From: an uncultured Clostridia bacterium
GTDB taxonomy: Bacteria; Bacillota; Clostridia; Christensenellales; UBA1242
NCBI GenBank assembly: GCA_947630405.1
Contig: CANRHL010000003.1
Location: 1 to 61,419, forward strand
DNA length: 61,419 bases
Reading direction: 5' to 3'
The notes under the pieces are model-generated. The model saw only the letters and a program-made list of their open reading frames with translations. It was not told where the DNA came from and did no database searches. Of this stretch, positions 60,641 to 61,419 are shown one piece after another. Both the position numbers and the translations under genes were made by a program. Each line of letters begins with the position of its first letter. The stretch's first letter is position 1.

Positions 60641-60736
60641 TTGTTTTTATTTTCATTTGTTGTTTTTTATTTTTGTTTTTTATAAATATTGTTTTTATTT
60701 TTATTTGTTGTTTTTTATTTTTGTTTTTTATAAATA
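60641..60736. repeat. 48-bp tandem duplication in T-rich low-complexity spacer
   Basis: 60641-60688 and 60689-60736 differ at one position. Confidence 0.75.
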
Positions 60737-60808
60737 TTGTTTTTTGTTTATTAAATTTTTTATTTTTGATTTTTAGTTGTTTTGTTGTTTTTTTATTGTT
60801 TTTAGATG

Positions 60809-61312
60809 TTATTTTGGCATTACTTTTGCTTTTGCTTCAAGTGAAAGTGACATAATTTCGTCAACTAATTTATTAACATTTTCGTTAATATGAAAAAGTT
60901 TAATTTTAAAATATCCGCCATCTTTAAAATAAATTACCACCGAATTTGTGCCGCGTTTTAACAATTTATCAAACAGCGTTTTTTTAGGCACAACCTTATA
61001 GATTGTGGAAAGGTCAACAATTGTATCATACCAAAGTGAATTTACTTTAAGGGCGTTTTCATAAAGTGTGTAGCCGTGATTTTTTTGTGCTGCCTTCATT
61101 GTTACAATGCTCCTATAAATGCAAAAGGCAACAATTAATATGTCAATTACATAAACAAACCATTGATTAATAAACACCACCAGCACAATCACGCCCGCAA
61201 GCAAAAACAAATTAAATAGCACCAATAAAATTTGCAAGTAAACAAGGTATTGCTTTTTATCAATACTAATATCTTTAATTTTGTTTTCTAAAACTAACTC
61301 TTCTTTTTTCAT
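60809..61312 (-). CDS. Membrane protein, two TM helices plus possible bacterial PH-like domain
   Basis: ATG 1 nt after ychF stop; YTLYENAL....LFDKLL pattern. Confidence 0.65.
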   Translation of the reverse strand: MKKEELVLENKIKDISIDKKQYLVYLQILLVLFNLFLLAGVIVLVVFINQWFVYVIDILIVAFCIYRSIVTMKAAQKNHGYTLYENALKVNSLWYDTIVDLSTIYKVVPKKTLFDKLLKRGTNSVVIYFKDGGYFKIKLFHINENVNKLVDEIMSLSLEAKAKVMPK

Positions 61313-61313
61313 A

Positions 61314-61419
61314 TTAAACGTTAAATTTAAACACAATTATGTCGCCATCCTGCACAACATAGTCCTTGCCGGCAGAAATCATTTTGCCTGCATCCTTGCA
61401 CGCCGTGGTGCTGCCTAAT
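61314..61419 (-). CDS. ychF: Redox-regulated ATPase YchF, C-terminal fragment
   Basis: ...AGKMISAGKDYVVQDGDIIVFKFNV*. Confidence 0.92.
   Translation of the reverse strand, partial: LGSTTACKDAGKMISAGKDYVVQDGDIIVFKFNV

Noticed and set aside
60617-60815. Lys-rich open frame on the minus strand through the T-rich spacer
   Set aside because: No usable start codon or RBS; openness explained by low complexity

Overview
Low-GC chromosomal window, most consistent with a spore-forming, probably genome-reduced Clostridia-class bacterium (yabP/yabQ, spoVT, spoVB/yabM-like flippase, spoIIQ-like M23 peptidase, ywmB, BclA-like collagen protein). It also carries housekeeping genes (cmk, rlmH, tadA, HU, dusB, ldh, xfp, pth, mfd, acpP, ftsH, tyrS, ychF) and two tRNAs (Arg-CCT, fMet-CAT). 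Notable content: (1) a giant lipoprotein of at least 2369 aa with GLUG-type repeats, missing from the ORF track because it runs off the left edge; (2) a minimal five-gene type IV secretion-like cluster (VirB2-like pilin, single-pass membrane protein, VirB6-like, PrgI/VirB3-VirB4 fusion, divergent VirD4) with no relaxase, integrase, att pair or cell-wall hydrolase in the window, possibly a domesticated non-conjugative T4SS; (3) a tRNA-Arg-adjacent accessory block (CbbX/SpoVK-type AAA ATPase, small ORF, WYL regulator, DUF262-DUF1524 GmrSD-like nuclease) with a palindromic operator candidate; (4) a SAM-I-type riboswitch in front of an unknown 100-aa protein; (5) a hairpin element that re-creates the 3' half of tRNA-fMet, nested REP-like repeats and a repeat-rich spacer inside the T4SS cluster; (6) about ten genes that appear to be leaderless. 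All family calls are from motif recognition by eye; no database searches were run.
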